A stretch of 53,416 nt of DNA, taken from the NCBI GenBank assembly GCA_964389675.1, contig CAYMEV010000024.1, positions 1 through 53,416 on the forward strand. Reading direction: 5' to 3'. Below the pieces are notes generated by a model. That model did no database searches. It worked only from the letters and a program-made list of their open reading frames with translations, and was not told the DNA's origin. Positions 8,709-19,123 of the stretch are shown in pieces. The position numbers and the translations under genes were made by a program. The stretch is from an uncultured Candidatus Sumerlaeota bacterium. GTDB lineage: Bacteria > CAYMEV01. How positions within the stretch are numbered: the first letter of the stretch is position 1; each line of letters begins with the position of its first letter.

Positions 8709-10229
8709 ATGAAGGTTCTTTTAATATACCCCAAAATCCCCGATACATTCTGGAGTTTCAAGTATGCACTGAAGTTTGTATCAAAGAAGGCTACGCACCC
8801 TCCGCTGGGAATGCTTACAGTTGCTTCGATGATGCCTGAAGAATGGGATATCAGGCTTATTGATATGAATGTGGAACGACTGAAAAACAGGATGTTTAAG
8901 AATGTTGACCTTGTTTTTATCAGTGCAATGTCCATTCAGAGTGAATCTGTCCGAAACCTTATGGCTATCTGCAAAAGACTGGGCATAAAAACAGCTGCAG
9001 GAGGCCCCTTGTTCAGTACAGATCATGAGAAATACGATGATATAGACTATCTTGTGCTGGATGAGGCTGAAATGGCATTCCCCCATTTCTTAAAAGATCT
9101 AAAAGAGGGGAACCCAAAGCATATATACAGGGCAGAAGGGCATTGTGACATGGATCTTTCTCCTGTACCGATGTGGAGCCTTATAAGCATGAAGGATTAC
9201 AAGTCAATGAGCATACAATATACAAGGGGCTGCCCTTTTAACTGTGATTTCTGCAATGTAACATCCCTGTTCGGCCATAAAGTCAGGTTTAAGAGTACAG
9301 CAAAGGTTCTAAGGGAACTTGAAAACATTTATAAGAATGGATGGAGAAGCGGGGTTTTCTTTGTTGACGATAATTTTATTGGTAACAGGGCAGAGCTTAA
9401 GAACGATCTTCTTCCATCTTTAATAAAATGGATGGAAGAAAAAAAATATCCATTCACTTTCATGACACAGGCTTCAGTAAACCTTGCTGATGATGATGAA
9501 CTTATGGAAATGATGGTCATGGCAGGTTTCAACAGCGTCTTTGTTGGTATAGAATCACCAAATGAAGAGAGCCTTGCAGAATGCAAAAAGTATCAGAATA
9601 AAACCAGAGACATGATATCCAGTGTCAAAAGAATGCAGCAATATGGCCTCCAGGTTATGGGCGGTTTTATTGTAGGTTTTGATAATGATCCCCTTTCAAT
9701 TTTTCAGAAGCAGATTGATTTTATCCAGAAAAGCGGGATCGTAACCGCCATGGTCGGGCTTCTGAATGCTCCCAGGGGTACTGCCCTGTACAGGAGGCTT
9801 GAGAAAACAGGCAGGATAATAAAGGACTTTACAGGGGATAATACAAATTTTTCAATCAATTTTATTCCCAGGATAAAATATGACACATTATTAAAAGGCT
9901 ACAGGGGGATAATCAATCAGATATACAGCCCCAAAGAATATTATGAAAGGGTTAGAAGCTTTCTTAATGAATATGATCCGGTGCTGAAGACCAGGTTCAG
10001 ATTATCCCGCATACCTGAATACCTGGTATCCTTGAGGGCACTTTTTAAATCTGTGCTGTTTTTGGGCATAATAGACAAGGCAAGATCGTATTACTGGAAA
10101 TTTCTTTTCTGGGCATTGTTCAAGAAAATCAAACATTTTCCTCTTGCAATTACGTATACAATATATGGATTTCATTTCAGAAAGGTATTTAATATAAAGA
10201 AAAATACCTGGAAAAGGAGAAGGGTCTGA
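8709..10229 (+). CDS. B12-binding domain radical SAM protein (DUF4070-type C-terminus)
   Basis: N-terminal B12-binding motifs (PPLGMLTVA, GGP), RGCPFNCDFC (CxxxCxxC), FFVDDNF and GFIVGFDND. AGGAGG RBS. Confidence 0.9.
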   Translation: MKVLLIYPKIPDTFWSFKYALKFVSKKATHPPLGMLTVASMMPEEWDIRLIDMNVERLKNRMFKNVDLVFISAMSIQSESVRNLMAICKRLGIKTAAGGPLFSTDHEKYDDIDYLVLDEAEMAFPHFLKDLKEGNPKHIYRAEGHCDMDLSPVPMWSLISMKDYKSMSIQYTRGCPFNCDFCNVTSLFGHKVRFKSTAKVLRELENIYKNGWRSGVFFVDDNFIGNRAELKNDLLPSLIKWMEEKKYPFTFMTQASVNLADDDELMEMMVMAGFNSVFVGIESPNEESLAECKKYQNKTRDMISSVKRMQQYGLQVMGGFIVGFDNDPLSIFQKQIDFIQKSGIVTAMVGLLNAPRGTALYRRLEKTGRIIKDFTGDNTNFSINFIPRIKYDTLLKGYRGIINQIYSPKEYYERVRSFLNEYDPVLKTRFRLSRIPEYLVSLRALFKSVLFLGIIDKARSYYWKFLFWALFKKIKHFPLAITYTIYGFHFRKVFNIKKNTWKRRRV

Positions 10230-10231
10230 AT

Positions 10232-10720
10232 ATGTCACTTACAGATGAAATTCAGAAGCTTTATAAGATGAAACAGGAAAATATCCTGTCTGATGATGAA
10301 TATTCAGCTGCAAAAGAGAAACTGCTCAGGGATAAAGAAATAAAAAAGCAGCCTGCCAGCAGAATAAAAAACAGTGATGAGAATATATGGGCAATGCTTA
10401 TTCATCTATCTCAGTTCTTCAGCTATGTTATTCCCTTCGCCGGCCTTATAGCGCCGATATTCCTCTGGCAGATCAGAAAAAAGGAGTCTGTATATATTGA
10501 CAGACAGGGCAGGATCGTTGCAAACTGGATCTTTACATATTTTATCTATCTTATAATCTTCATCCTGCTGTCATTTCTTATTATAGGGATACCTCTGCTT
10601 ATTATCCTTGCTGTTCTTGGCGTGATATTTCCTATAATAGGGGCTATCAAGGCAAATGACGGTATATTGTGGGTATATCCATTTTCTATACGGTTTTTCG
10701 ACATAGATTCAGGGGAATGA
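10232..10720 (+). CDS. SHOCT + DUF4870 membrane protein
   Basis: N-terminal SHOCT-like EIQKLYKMKQENILSDDEYSAAKEKLL, then the DUF4870 pattern WAMLIHLSQ...IIGAIKANDG...YP. Confidence 0.8.
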   Translation: MSLTDEIQKLYKMKQENILSDDEYSAAKEKLLRDKEIKKQPASRIKNSDENIWAMLIHLSQFFSYVIPFAGLIAPIFLWQIRKKESVYIDRQGRIVANWIFTYFIYLIIFILLSFLIIGIPLLIILAVLGVIFPIIGAIKANDGILWVYPFSIRFFDIDSGE

Positions 10721-10775
10721 CAGTTACATCAGGATAATCCCCTATAGGATGAAAACCATTAAAAATTGGTAAAAT

Positions 10776-11615
10776 ATGACAGAATACCTGAAAAATCATA
10801 TTGAATACAACTCTCCTGATATTGTGTCCATATCTGATGAAATCCCGCTCTGGTCGGCTCCCTTCGGGCTTATGCTCCTTGATTCGATAAAAGTTCGCAG
10901 AAATATGAAGATTCTTGATCTGGGATGCGGCCAGGGGTTTCCAGTTTTTGAAATCTGCCAGAGATTGGGATCTACTTCACTTGTATATGGTATTGATGAA
11001 TGCAGCCAGGCAATAAAAAGGTGTGAATTTAAGAAAAAGGCCATGAATATCAGCAATGCTGTACTTATAAATGAGCCTTTCAGGGACGGCATATTTGAAG
11101 CTGATTTTTTTGATCTGATAGTATCCAATAACGGGATTAACAATATGCAAGACCAGGACAGGGTCTACCATGAGTGCCATAAAATTTGCAAAAAAGGCGG
11201 AGAACTCGTCTTTACTTTTAATCTTCCCGGTACCATGATGGAATTTTATGAATGCTTTGCAGAGGTTTTAAAGGATCAGGGCCTTGAAAACAGGGTCCCG
11301 GATATAATAGCCCATATCAGGTCCAGGAGAAAGAGCATAGCAGAGACAGAAACTGCAGTAGCAAATGCAGGGTTTGACATCAGCTTTATAAAAGAGGACA
11401 TGTTCACCTTGAACTATCTGGACGGTACGGCCATGCTTAATCATTTTTTCATAAAGCTGGCATTCCTGGAGCCATGGAGGGCAATCCTGAATAGTGATGC
11501 CTCTCTCGAATATTCTGTATTTAAGAGGCTGGAACAGGCATTGAACAGAAAGGCCAATGAAGATAAGTTATTGAGAATGAGCGTACCTTTTGCCTGCTTT
11601 GTTTGCCGGAAATAA
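10776..11615 (+). CDS. Class I SAM-dependent methyltransferase
   Basis: ILDLGCGQG motif I and FDLIVSNNG motif. Confidence 0.85.
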   Translation: MTEYLKNHIEYNSPDIVSISDEIPLWSAPFGLMLLDSIKVRRNMKILDLGCGQGFPVFEICQRLGSTSLVYGIDECSQAIKRCEFKKKAMNISNAVLINEPFRDGIFEADFFDLIVSNNGINNMQDQDRVYHECHKICKKGGELVFTFNLPGTMMEFYECFAEVLKDQGLENRVPDIIAHIRSRRKSIAETETAVANAGFDISFIKEDMFTLNYLDGTAMLNHFFIKLAFLEPWRAILNSDASLEYSVFKRLEQALNRKANEDKLLRMSVPFACFVCRK

Positions 11616-11668
11616 AAAAAAATACTTTAACAGCAGTCTTATAAATCTTTAAAAACGGAGGGAGATTC

Positions 11669-14071
11669 TTGAAAAGAGTACTTTTTGGCATTTTTATCTT
11701 ATTTCTTTTTTCAGCAGTCATAACCAGCGGATTTACCGCCTATGATTATTACGATGACCTTTTATACGGCTCACCAGGGACGTACGGTCATGGACTGCTT
11801 GGCTATATTAACCCCGCAAACCTTGCAATGCTTGATAACCCGGAGATGATCCTCTCCTATGCTGACGAAAATGATAAATACGGTATCTTTTCAGCCTTGC
11901 CGGGGATCGGGTTTGGAGTTATTTATGACAGGTATGATGAATTTTCTGTAAAAGATTACAGGATATCAACCGGATTTGGAAACAGGAAATTTGCAGTAGG
12001 AATCGGATACGGATGGTCTTCAGGAGATACAGATTATTTCAGCAGGGATGATGTATTTACACTGGGGATGCTTTACCGGCCTTCCAGTATGTTCTCGGTC
12101 GGATTATCATCTTCAATCTCAGATGACGGTGACAGGGAGGCAGTGCTTGATATAGGGCTGAGGCCGTTCAGGAATGATAGGGTATCATTATTCGGGGATT
12201 TTGCAATAAACAGGATAGACGATGAAAATGAAGACAGATGGAGCGCAGGAATTGCATTCGATGTAATAGACGGACTGAAGATCACAGGAAGATACATCAG
12301 TGATAAAAGGTTTACAGTAGGTATGTCTCTCAGTTTTGGGAAAGCAGGCCTTGGCGTGCTGGGCAGCTTCGATGATGAATCTGAGCATAGTTATAACACA
12401 TACAGCCTGAGACTGGGAGGTAATGGCAAATGCCTGCTTAAGGGCTTTAAGCAAAAAGACAGATATATATCAATGGAGCTGCTCGGAGAAGTAAGCTACA
12501 GGAAATTTGCCATGCTTGATAAAAGGCATACCCTTCTTGAAATACTGCAGGGTATTGAGAATGCCATCAATGATGATACAGTTGGCGGCATTGCAGTAAA
12601 CACATCAGGTATGGTAATAAATGACCAGATGATATGGGAGATAAGAGAAAAGCTTGGAGAGTTTAAGGATGCTGGGAAAAAAGTAGTCATGTATCTCGAC
12701 AGAGTCTCAATATCAGGGTACCATCTGGCTTCTGTCGCAGATATTATAGTAATGGACCCGATGGGGTCGATCACACTTGAGGGATACTCTGCAGGCAGGA
12801 CATTCTATAGAGGCCTTCTGGGCAAGCTTGGGCTTGGTTTTGATGAATGGAGGTTCTTCAGCTATAAAAGCGCTGCTGAAAGCTTTTCAAGGGATTCAAT
12901 GTCAGAATGTGACAGAGAGCAGAGGCAAAGAATGATTGATATTTTTTACGAGGTTGTACGTGATGAGATAGTTGAAAGCAGAAATATCTCCACCGGGGAA
13001 TTTGATAATCTGGTAAATAATATCCGGATGTTCGACTCAGATGATGCTTTGGAATACGGCCTTGTTGATGTTGTCGGAAGATTCGACAAGATAGAGGATA
13101 TAATTACAGGCCAGTTTAAGATGGAGCCTGACATGGTATCCTATGATGCATTTATCAGGGACAGCAAGCCTGACAGTACATGGGGGCAAAAACCGGTCCT
13201 GGCTGTTGTATATGCGCTTGGAGGCACTGATATGGATACCGGGATAAAGGCAAGAGAACTGAGTAAGACTATCAGGAAGCTTAAGGACAATGCAAATGTA
13301 AAGGCGGTAATAATGAGGGTTGATTCGCCCGGGGGCGACGGCCTGGCATCTGACCTTGTCGCTGAGGCTATAAAGGAATGCAAAGGAATAAAGCCTTTTA
13401 TAATTAGCCAGGGTCATGTTGCAGCGTCAGGGGGCTACTGGATATCTATGAACGGTGATATTATTGTTGCCTCACCTACGACAATCACAGGATCTATAGG
13501 GGTTATCGGCGGATGGCTTTATGATGATGGATTCAAGGAAAAAACAGGGCTCTCCTATGATTATGTAAAAAGGGGAGCATCATCCGACCTGGGCCAGGGT
13601 ATCCTGATACCTTTGATCAATGCCCGGATTCCAGACAGAAACCTTAATGATGATGAGAAAAGGATTATGGAAAAAAAGATACGGTCATTCTACAGGGAAT
13701 TTGTGGAGCTTGTTGCCGAAGCCAGGGGAAGGCCGTTTGAAGAAATAGAAAGGATTGCCCAGGGAAGGATCTGGATAGGAGAAGATGCTCTCAAAAACGG
13801 CCTTGTAGATGAGATAGGGGGAATTGAAAAGGCTATAGATATTGCACTTGATAAAATTGGGATAAAAAGGGAAGATGTCAGTATAATTGAATATCCTGAG
13901 ATGGGGCTTATCAACCTGAGCGATATTATAAAAATAAAGCTGTTCGGTGTGGAAAGAGAATTGAGGGAAGATCCGGTAATCGAGGATATTCTTCTCAGGA
14001 TCAGGTTTAACGGCCTGCCCCTTCCTATCCTCTCAATTGATTATTATGGCAGCAGTTTTCCAGACTATTAG
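11669..14071 (+). CDS. sppA: Signal peptide peptidase SppA (S49, two-domain) with N-terminal beta-barrel-like domain
   Basis: GYHLASVAD, YKSAAE (catalytic Lys), RVDSPGG, AASGGY (catalytic Ser), TITGSIGV, GRIWIG and GLVDEIGG. The N-terminal ~250 aa are alternating beta-strands. TTG start with GGAGG RBS. Confidence 0.88.
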   Translation: MKRVLFGIFILFLFSAVITSGFTAYDYYDDLLYGSPGTYGHGLLGYINPANLAMLDNPEMILSYADENDKYGIFSALPGIGFGVIYDRYDEFSVKDYRISTGFGNRKFAVGIGYGWSSGDTDYFSRDDVFTLGMLYRPSSMFSVGLSSSISDDGDREAVLDIGLRPFRNDRVSLFGDFAINRIDDENEDRWSAGIAFDVIDGLKITGRYISDKRFTVGMSLSFGKAGLGVLGSFDDESEHSYNTYSLRLGGNGKCLLKGFKQKDRYISMELLGEVSYRKFAMLDKRHTLLEILQGIENAINDDTVGGIAVNTSGMVINDQMIWEIREKLGEFKDAGKKVVMYLDRVSISGYHLASVADIIVMDPMGSITLEGYSAGRTFYRGLLGKLGLGFDEWRFFSYKSAAESFSRDSMSECDREQRQRMIDIFYEVVRDEIVESRNISTGEFDNLVNNIRMFDSDDALEYGLVDVVGRFDKIEDIITGQFKMEPDMVSYDAFIRDSKPDSTWGQKPVLAVVYALGGTDMDTGIKARELSKTIRKLKDNANVKAVIMRVDSPGGDGLASDLVAEAIKECKGIKPFIISQGHVAASGGYWISMNGDIIVASPTTITGSIGVIGGWLYDDGFKEKTGLSYDYVKRGASSDLGQGILIPLINARIPDRNLNDDEKRIMEKKIRSFYREFVELVAEARGRPFEEIERIAQGRIWIGEDALKNGLVDEIGGIEKAIDIALDKIGIKREDVSIIEYPEMGLINLSDIIKIKLFGVERELREDPVIEDILLRIRFNGLPLPILSIDYYGSSFPDY

Positions 14072-14152
14072 CAGAATTTACTTTTCTTTACATATTTGCC
14101 AAAGTGTTGTATATAAGAGCAGATTGATTGAAATTTAAATTGTGAGTATTGA

Positions 14153-16648
14153 ATGAAAAGGCAGAGGCAACCCCAATTAGATAGCAGAAAAATGATATTT
14201 GAGCTGATCGGGGTTGTCCTGCTTATTATTGGAACCTATTTGTTTTTATGCATTGCATCATATAATCCAAGGGATAATTCGCTATTCAGGCTTGATTCAT
14301 CTCATGAAATTACAAGGAATATTGTCGGTTTTTACGGCAATAGAATAAGCAGTATATTATTTGCATTTCTCGGCCTGTCCTCCTATAGTATTCCTCTTTT
14401 AGTCCTTTTTATGAGCTACAGGGCATTTTTTCTGAAAAGGATCAGATTCTGGCTTCATAAGATTATATGTATCCTCCTTATTATAATCAACCTTGCGTCA
14501 CTTCTGCATGTATCGGTGATTATATTTTCTGACAGGGAAGGGTTCATATCCTATGCAAACGAGGAAATCCTGGCTGGCGGTATTATAGGGAAACAGCTTT
14601 CGAATTTCATAATAAGGTATCTGGGTTTTTCGGGTGCAATAGCTTTGTTTTCAATACTTCTCTTTGTTTCGCTTTTTGTGGTTCTGGGCGGGTTCTCCAT
14701 TTCCTGGGCCATAAGAAATATTGCGTACGGGGCAAAAAAGGCCGCTGGATCGGTATGCTTTCTAAGCCGAAATATATGGAGGGCTGTAAGGTGGCCTTTT
14801 ATAGCAGTATATAAAATTGCAGGGAAGATCCTGAGAAGGATCAAAAGCACCAGGGAAAGATTGTCTGAAGCTGATAATATAAACCAGGAGATCGAATCAC
14901 ATAGTGGCACTAGAGATGATATTTACGACCCGTTCCATATAAACAGGGAGTATGAAAGCAGGGATAAAGCAGAGAATACCGGCAAATCATCAAAGAGGAA
15001 GAAAAAGACACAGGATTATGGTGATAATCCTGAAAACCTGAAGGTGCCGAGGCCTAATCCTGATATAAATATAATAATATCAAAGAATAAGTATGGCCTC
15101 TCTGATAAAGAATTCGATAAAGCTTCTTCGACACAGGACAGCTTTTTTCTGCCCCCATTGAATTTTATGAAGGATTATCCGTCCATAGACAGGGAACAGA
15201 ACAGGGATGTCTACCGCAGGCAGTCAAGGAATCTCGAGAACAAGCTTCTTGAGCATAAAATTGCAGGAAATGTAATAGATGTGAAACCCGGCCCGATAGT
15301 AACAAGATATGATTTCAGGATAGCCCCTTCCATAAGGATAAAGTCCATAAAGAGCCTTGAAGAAGATATATCCCTTGCTCTTGGCGTCAACAGCATCAGG
15401 ATAATCTCTGTCCCCGAGAACCGTAGCCTCGGGTTCGAGATTCCCAATGACAGTGATCTTAGGGAGGTAATTGGACTGAAAGATATTATCAGGTCGGATG
15501 ATTTTATCAGCAGATTCAAGATACCTTTCGCAATGGGGAAAAACATTGCAGGCGACCCGGTTGTTACAGACCTTAGCCAGATGCCCCATCTGTTAATAGG
15601 GGGGGCCACAGGCAGCGGAAAAAGCGTCTGCCTTAACTCTCTTCTTGTTTCTCTGCTTTACAGGTTCACTCCTGAAGAGCTTCAGCTTATACTCATTGAT
15701 CCGAAACAGATTGAATTCGGCCTTTATGAGGACCTGCCCCATTTAATAGCACCTGTTATTACTGATCCTGATAAGGCTCTGAATGTATTAAAATGGGCAG
15801 TCTCCAAAATGGAAGAATGCTATAATGATATAGCTGCACAGCGGGTAAGGAATATACAGGAATATAATTTCGAGATAAGGAATATGCAGAACAAGGGGAT
15901 AGCCCCGGAAGAGATCCCGCAGTTAATGCCTTACAGAATAATCGTTATTGATGAGTTCGGGGACCTTATGATGACTTCAAAGGGCAATCAGCTTGATGAA
16001 TGTATTTTAAGGCTTGCTCAAAAGGCAAGGGCTGTCGGGATCCATCTGATTATGGCTACCCAGAGGCCGTCAGTCGATGTCATCACAGGCCTTATAAAAG
16101 CAAACCTCAGGGCAAGGATAGCCTTCAGGGTTACCCAGGGGACAGACTCCAAAACCATTCTGGACCGCGTAGGTGCTGAAAGGCTGCTGGGAAAAGGGGA
16201 TATGTTCTACAGGCCCCCTGATAATGATATCCTTCAGAGGGTGCATGGTGCATATATATCTACAAATGAGATAAAAAAGATCGTTGAATTTATCAAAAAG
16301 CAGAGAAAGCCTGATTATGATGATGCAATACTGTCAGATGAAATTGAGGCATCTGATATTGTTGACGAAATCATGGAAAAGCAGGATGACTCCCTTTATC
16401 CGTATGCAGTTGACCTGGTTGTCAGAAATAAAATGGCATCAGTATCCATGCTGCAGAGAAGATTGAAAATAGGCCATGCCAGGGCGAGCAGGCTTATAGA
16501 TATGATGGCATATGACAAGGTAGTCGGCCCCTTTGTAGGGAGCAAAATGAGGGATGTTTTCATGGACGAGGACAGCCTGAAGACTTGGCTGTCCTTCGGG
16601 CAAAGCAGGGAGAAGCTCAGGGAGATCACACAGGGCCTTCAAAAGTGA
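14153..16648 (+). CDS. ftsK: DNA translocase FtsK
   Basis: N-terminal 4TM region, PHLLIGGATGSGKS Walker A, IDEFGD, ATQRPS, GAERLLGKGDM and the gamma domain SMLQRRLKIG. Confidence 0.97.
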   Translation: MKRQRQPQLDSRKMIFELIGVVLLIIGTYLFLCIASYNPRDNSLFRLDSSHEITRNIVGFYGNRISSILFAFLGLSSYSIPLLVLFMSYRAFFLKRIRFWLHKIICILLIIINLASLLHVSVIIFSDREGFISYANEEILAGGIIGKQLSNFIIRYLGFSGAIALFSILLFVSLFVVLGGFSISWAIRNIAYGAKKAAGSVCFLSRNIWRAVRWPFIAVYKIAGKILRRIKSTRERLSEADNINQEIESHSGTRDDIYDPFHINREYESRDKAENTGKSSKRKKKTQDYGDNPENLKVPRPNPDINIIISKNKYGLSDKEFDKASSTQDSFFLPPLNFMKDYPSIDREQNRDVYRRQSRNLENKLLEHKIAGNVIDVKPGPIVTRYDFRIAPSIRIKSIKSLEEDISLALGVNSIRIISVPENRSLGFEIPNDSDLREVIGLKDIIRSDDFISRFKIPFAMGKNIAGDPVVTDLSQMPHLLIGGATGSGKSVCLNSLLVSLLYRFTPEELQLILIDPKQIEFGLYEDLPHLIAPVITDPDKALNVLKWAVSKMEECYNDIAAQRVRNIQEYNFEIRNMQNKGIAPEEIPQLMPYRIIVIDEFGDLMMTSKGNQLDECILRLAQKARAVGIHLIMATQRPSVDVITGLIKANLRARIAFRVTQGTDSKTILDRVGAERLLGKGDMFYRPPDNDILQRVHGAYISTNEIKKIVEFIKKQRKPDYDDAILSDEIEASDIVDEIMEKQDDSLYPYAVDLVVRNKMASVSMLQRRLKIGHARASRLIDMMAYDKVVGPFVGSKMRDVFMDEDSLKTWLSFGQSREKLREITQGLQK

Positions 16649-16707
16649 ACATTTGGAGTTCCATATTGTTAAAGTTATATCAATCAGATCAATAATGGAG
16701 AGGATTT

Positions 16708-17400
16708 TTGAAAGATCATAAAGGACCATTTCTGAAATTATCGCTTATTATTCTATTTATATGTATAATCTCCTGCGTGGATCATCTGTATGCCCGCTCT
16801 GCTGAAGATGATTTCGTGGAGTTTTTAAAGAAGCACGAAGCAACTGTCAAAGAGATACAGGTGCTTTATTCTGAATTCCGGCAGACAGAGAACATAAGCA
16901 GTACAGGCATTGTAAGGGAAAAATCCGGACATCTCTGGGCAAGTACCGATGGCTGTTTCCGGGTTGAATATACCAGTCCTGATGAGATTTTGATGGTTTA
17001 TGATAATAAAAGGCTTCTACAGCATTATATAGAAGATAATGATATCCAGCTTACCGGTTCTGATGAAATGGATAAAAAGACCAATCCCTTTCACTTATGG
17101 TTCAATATGCATGATGTCATAAATTATTACCATATACTTGAATGCAGGCAGCAGGGAGAATCTATCATAATCCGGGTGAGGGACAAGGACAGGGAATCTA
17201 TTATAAGCAGTGTCACACTTTATATCGATCAGAATACTGGCCTGCTCGAGAAGATTGAATCAACCGATGAAGGGAATAATTCCAGGACCACTATTGAGTT
17301 TTTCAATTATAAAATAAATGAAAAAAGAAGTGGCCTGTTTGTAATACCTGAAGAGCTGATAAATCAAAAGACCGCATCCCCCTCGATTTTTTATGAGTAG
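16708..17400 (+). CDS. lolA: Outer-membrane lipoprotein carrier LolA family
   Basis: Signal peptide and the pattern FRQ...SGHL...FRVEYTSPDE...LMVYDNKRL. It sits in the conserved ftsK-lolA-rarA order. Confidence 0.75.
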   Translation: MKDHKGPFLKLSLIILFICIISCVDHLYARSAEDDFVEFLKKHEATVKEIQVLYSEFRQTENISSTGIVREKSGHLWASTDGCFRVEYTSPDEILMVYDNKRLLQHYIEDNDIQLTGSDEMDKKTNPFHLWFNMHDVINYYHILECRQQGESIIIRVRDKDRESIISSVTLYIDQNTGLLEKIESTDEGNNSRTTIEFFNYKINEKRSGLFVIPEELINQKTASPSIFYE

Positions 17401-18679
17401 TAGAGCAGAAACAATACATCCTCTGGCGTTTCGGACCAGGCCCAAAAAACTTGATGATATTTTTGGGCAGGAACATCTTACAGGGAAGAAAAGCATACTG
17501 TACCGGTATATAATCTCTGACAATATCCCGTCAATGATACTCTGGGGCCCTCCCGGTACAGGCAAGACATCTGTTGCAAGAGTTATTTCAGAGATGACAG
17601 GATCAATATTCAGAAGGATACTTGCAACAAGGAGCGGTGTAGCAGAGTTAAGGAAGATCATGAACCAGGCACAGGCTGAATTCAAGAAGGGAAGGAGGAC
17701 AATACTGTTTATCGATGAGATACACAGGTTCTCCAAAGTTCAGCAGGATTTTCTCCTTATGTGGGTAGAAACTGGTATTGCCGTGCTTATAGGCTCTACA
17801 ACGGAAAATCCAAGGTTTTCTATCATACCTGCACTGATGTCGAGAATAATGCTTTTTTCAACACGGGCTTTGGATAATGAAGCTCTTGATGAGGTTTTAA
17901 GATATATATTAAATCATGTTGATTCCGGTCTGCCTGCCGGGTTTTTTATCAGCAGGGATCTGTCAGACTATCTAAAAAGAGCAAGCGGCGGAGATGCCAG
18001 AAAATTCATAAACCTGATAGAGATGTCGGCATCCTTTTTTTCAGTGGAGAAAAGGCTTCCGGAAATCGATGATATAAAGGATTTTGTGCTCGAGAATGTC
18101 AGTAATTCTATTGATACAAACCTTAAAGACACGCATTATGACTGCCTGAGCGCTTTTATTAAGAGCATGAGGGGATCAGACCCGGATGCCGCATTATACT
18201 GGGCCTGCAGAGTAATAAACCTGGGCGAGGACCCGGTTATATTATTCCGAAGAATGCTCATTTTTGCATCAGAGGATATAGGCAATGCTGATCCTGATGC
18301 TGCGGTACTTTCCAATTCTATTTTTAATACATATAAGAATATCGGGATGCCTGAAGGGATAATACCCCTCGGACAGCTGATAGTCTATCTTTCCCTTGCC
18401 CCGAAAAGCAATTCTTCATGTACAGCTGTAAATGAAGCCTTGAGCTTTGTTAAAAACAGCAAATTATATCCAGTGCCTGAACATCTGAAAAATTATCCTG
18501 CTGAAAAATCAGCAGAATATAAATACCCTCATGATTTTTCAGGTTTTGTAAGCCAGTCCTATCTTGATGAGAGCATAAAGGGTATAAGATTCTTCACCCC
18601 GAAAAAAATCGGCTTTGAAGAGCAATATATCAGGATACTCAACAGGTACTGGAAGGATATTAAGGGGGAAATAAAATGA
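17393..18679 (+). CDS. rarA: Replication-associated recombination protein A (MgsA/RarA AAA+ ATPase)
   Basis: PLAFRTRP, WGPPGTGKT, FIDEIHRF, TTENP, SAFIKSMRGSDPDAA and EDIGNADP. Confidence 0.95.
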   Translation: MSSRAETIHPLAFRTRPKKLDDIFGQEHLTGKKSILYRYIISDNIPSMILWGPPGTGKTSVARVISEMTGSIFRRILATRSGVAELRKIMNQAQAEFKKGRRTILFIDEIHRFSKVQQDFLLMWVETGIAVLIGSTTENPRFSIIPALMSRIMLFSTRALDNEALDEVLRYILNHVDSGLPAGFFISRDLSDYLKRASGGDARKFINLIEMSASFFSVEKRLPEIDDIKDFVLENVSNSIDTNLKDTHYDCLSAFIKSMRGSDPDAALYWACRVINLGEDPVILFRRMLIFASEDIGNADPDAAVLSNSIFNTYKNIGMPEGIIPLGQLIVYLSLAPKSNSSCTAVNEALSFVKNSKLYPVPEHLKNYPAEKSAEYKYPHDFSGFVSQSYLDESIKGIRFFTPKKIGFEEQYIRILNRYWKDIKGEIK

Positions 18680-18750
18680 AAAATCTTTACTTAAAGCGAA
18701 ACCATATTATGTTTACATTACTCAAAGGTATGATCTTTTAAGAGAAATAT

Positions 18751-19122
18751 ATGTTAAAAAATTTATGGAAACTGATAACGCTTCTGGTTGTTCTCATTGT
18801 CCTGTACGGTGTTGTTGATATTTATCACTGTCAGTATAATATAATCAAGTATGCAAAAAAGGCTTCAGAAGAGCTTATAAGCGCTGAAAATATAAATGCC
18901 GTAGGACAGCAGATCAAGGGAAAGGCATATACTTGCAGGGATAAACTGAGCATCAAAGACATTGAACTGGAACATAAGAGGCTCTATTCTTCCAGCCAGG
19001 AAACAAACGGTAGGATCCCCTATCAGATAGATATTGTCATCCACTGCAAACAGTCCTTTTTAGGACTGTTTGCAGTGGAAAGAAGTTTTGGTACAACCTC
19101 TACGGTATACCTTCTTCCCTGA
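18751..19122 (+). CDS. Small single-pass membrane hypothetical protein (pilin/DUF4845-like architecture)
   Basis: 123 aa with an N-terminal TM helix followed by a helix and beta-strands. Confidence 0.6.
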   Translation: MLKNLWKLITLLVVLIVLYGVVDIYHCQYNIIKYAKKASEELISAENINAVGQQIKGKAYTCRDKLSIKDIELEHKRLYSSSQETNGRIPYQIDIVIHCKQSFLGLFAVERSFGTTSTVYLLP

Positions 19123-19123
19123 A

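Noticed and set aside
18690-18717. dif-like site after rarA (ttatgtttaca arm)
   Set aside because: The putative XerC arm (cttaaagcgaa) lacks the conserved ATAA end, so this is likely chance in AT-rich DNA.
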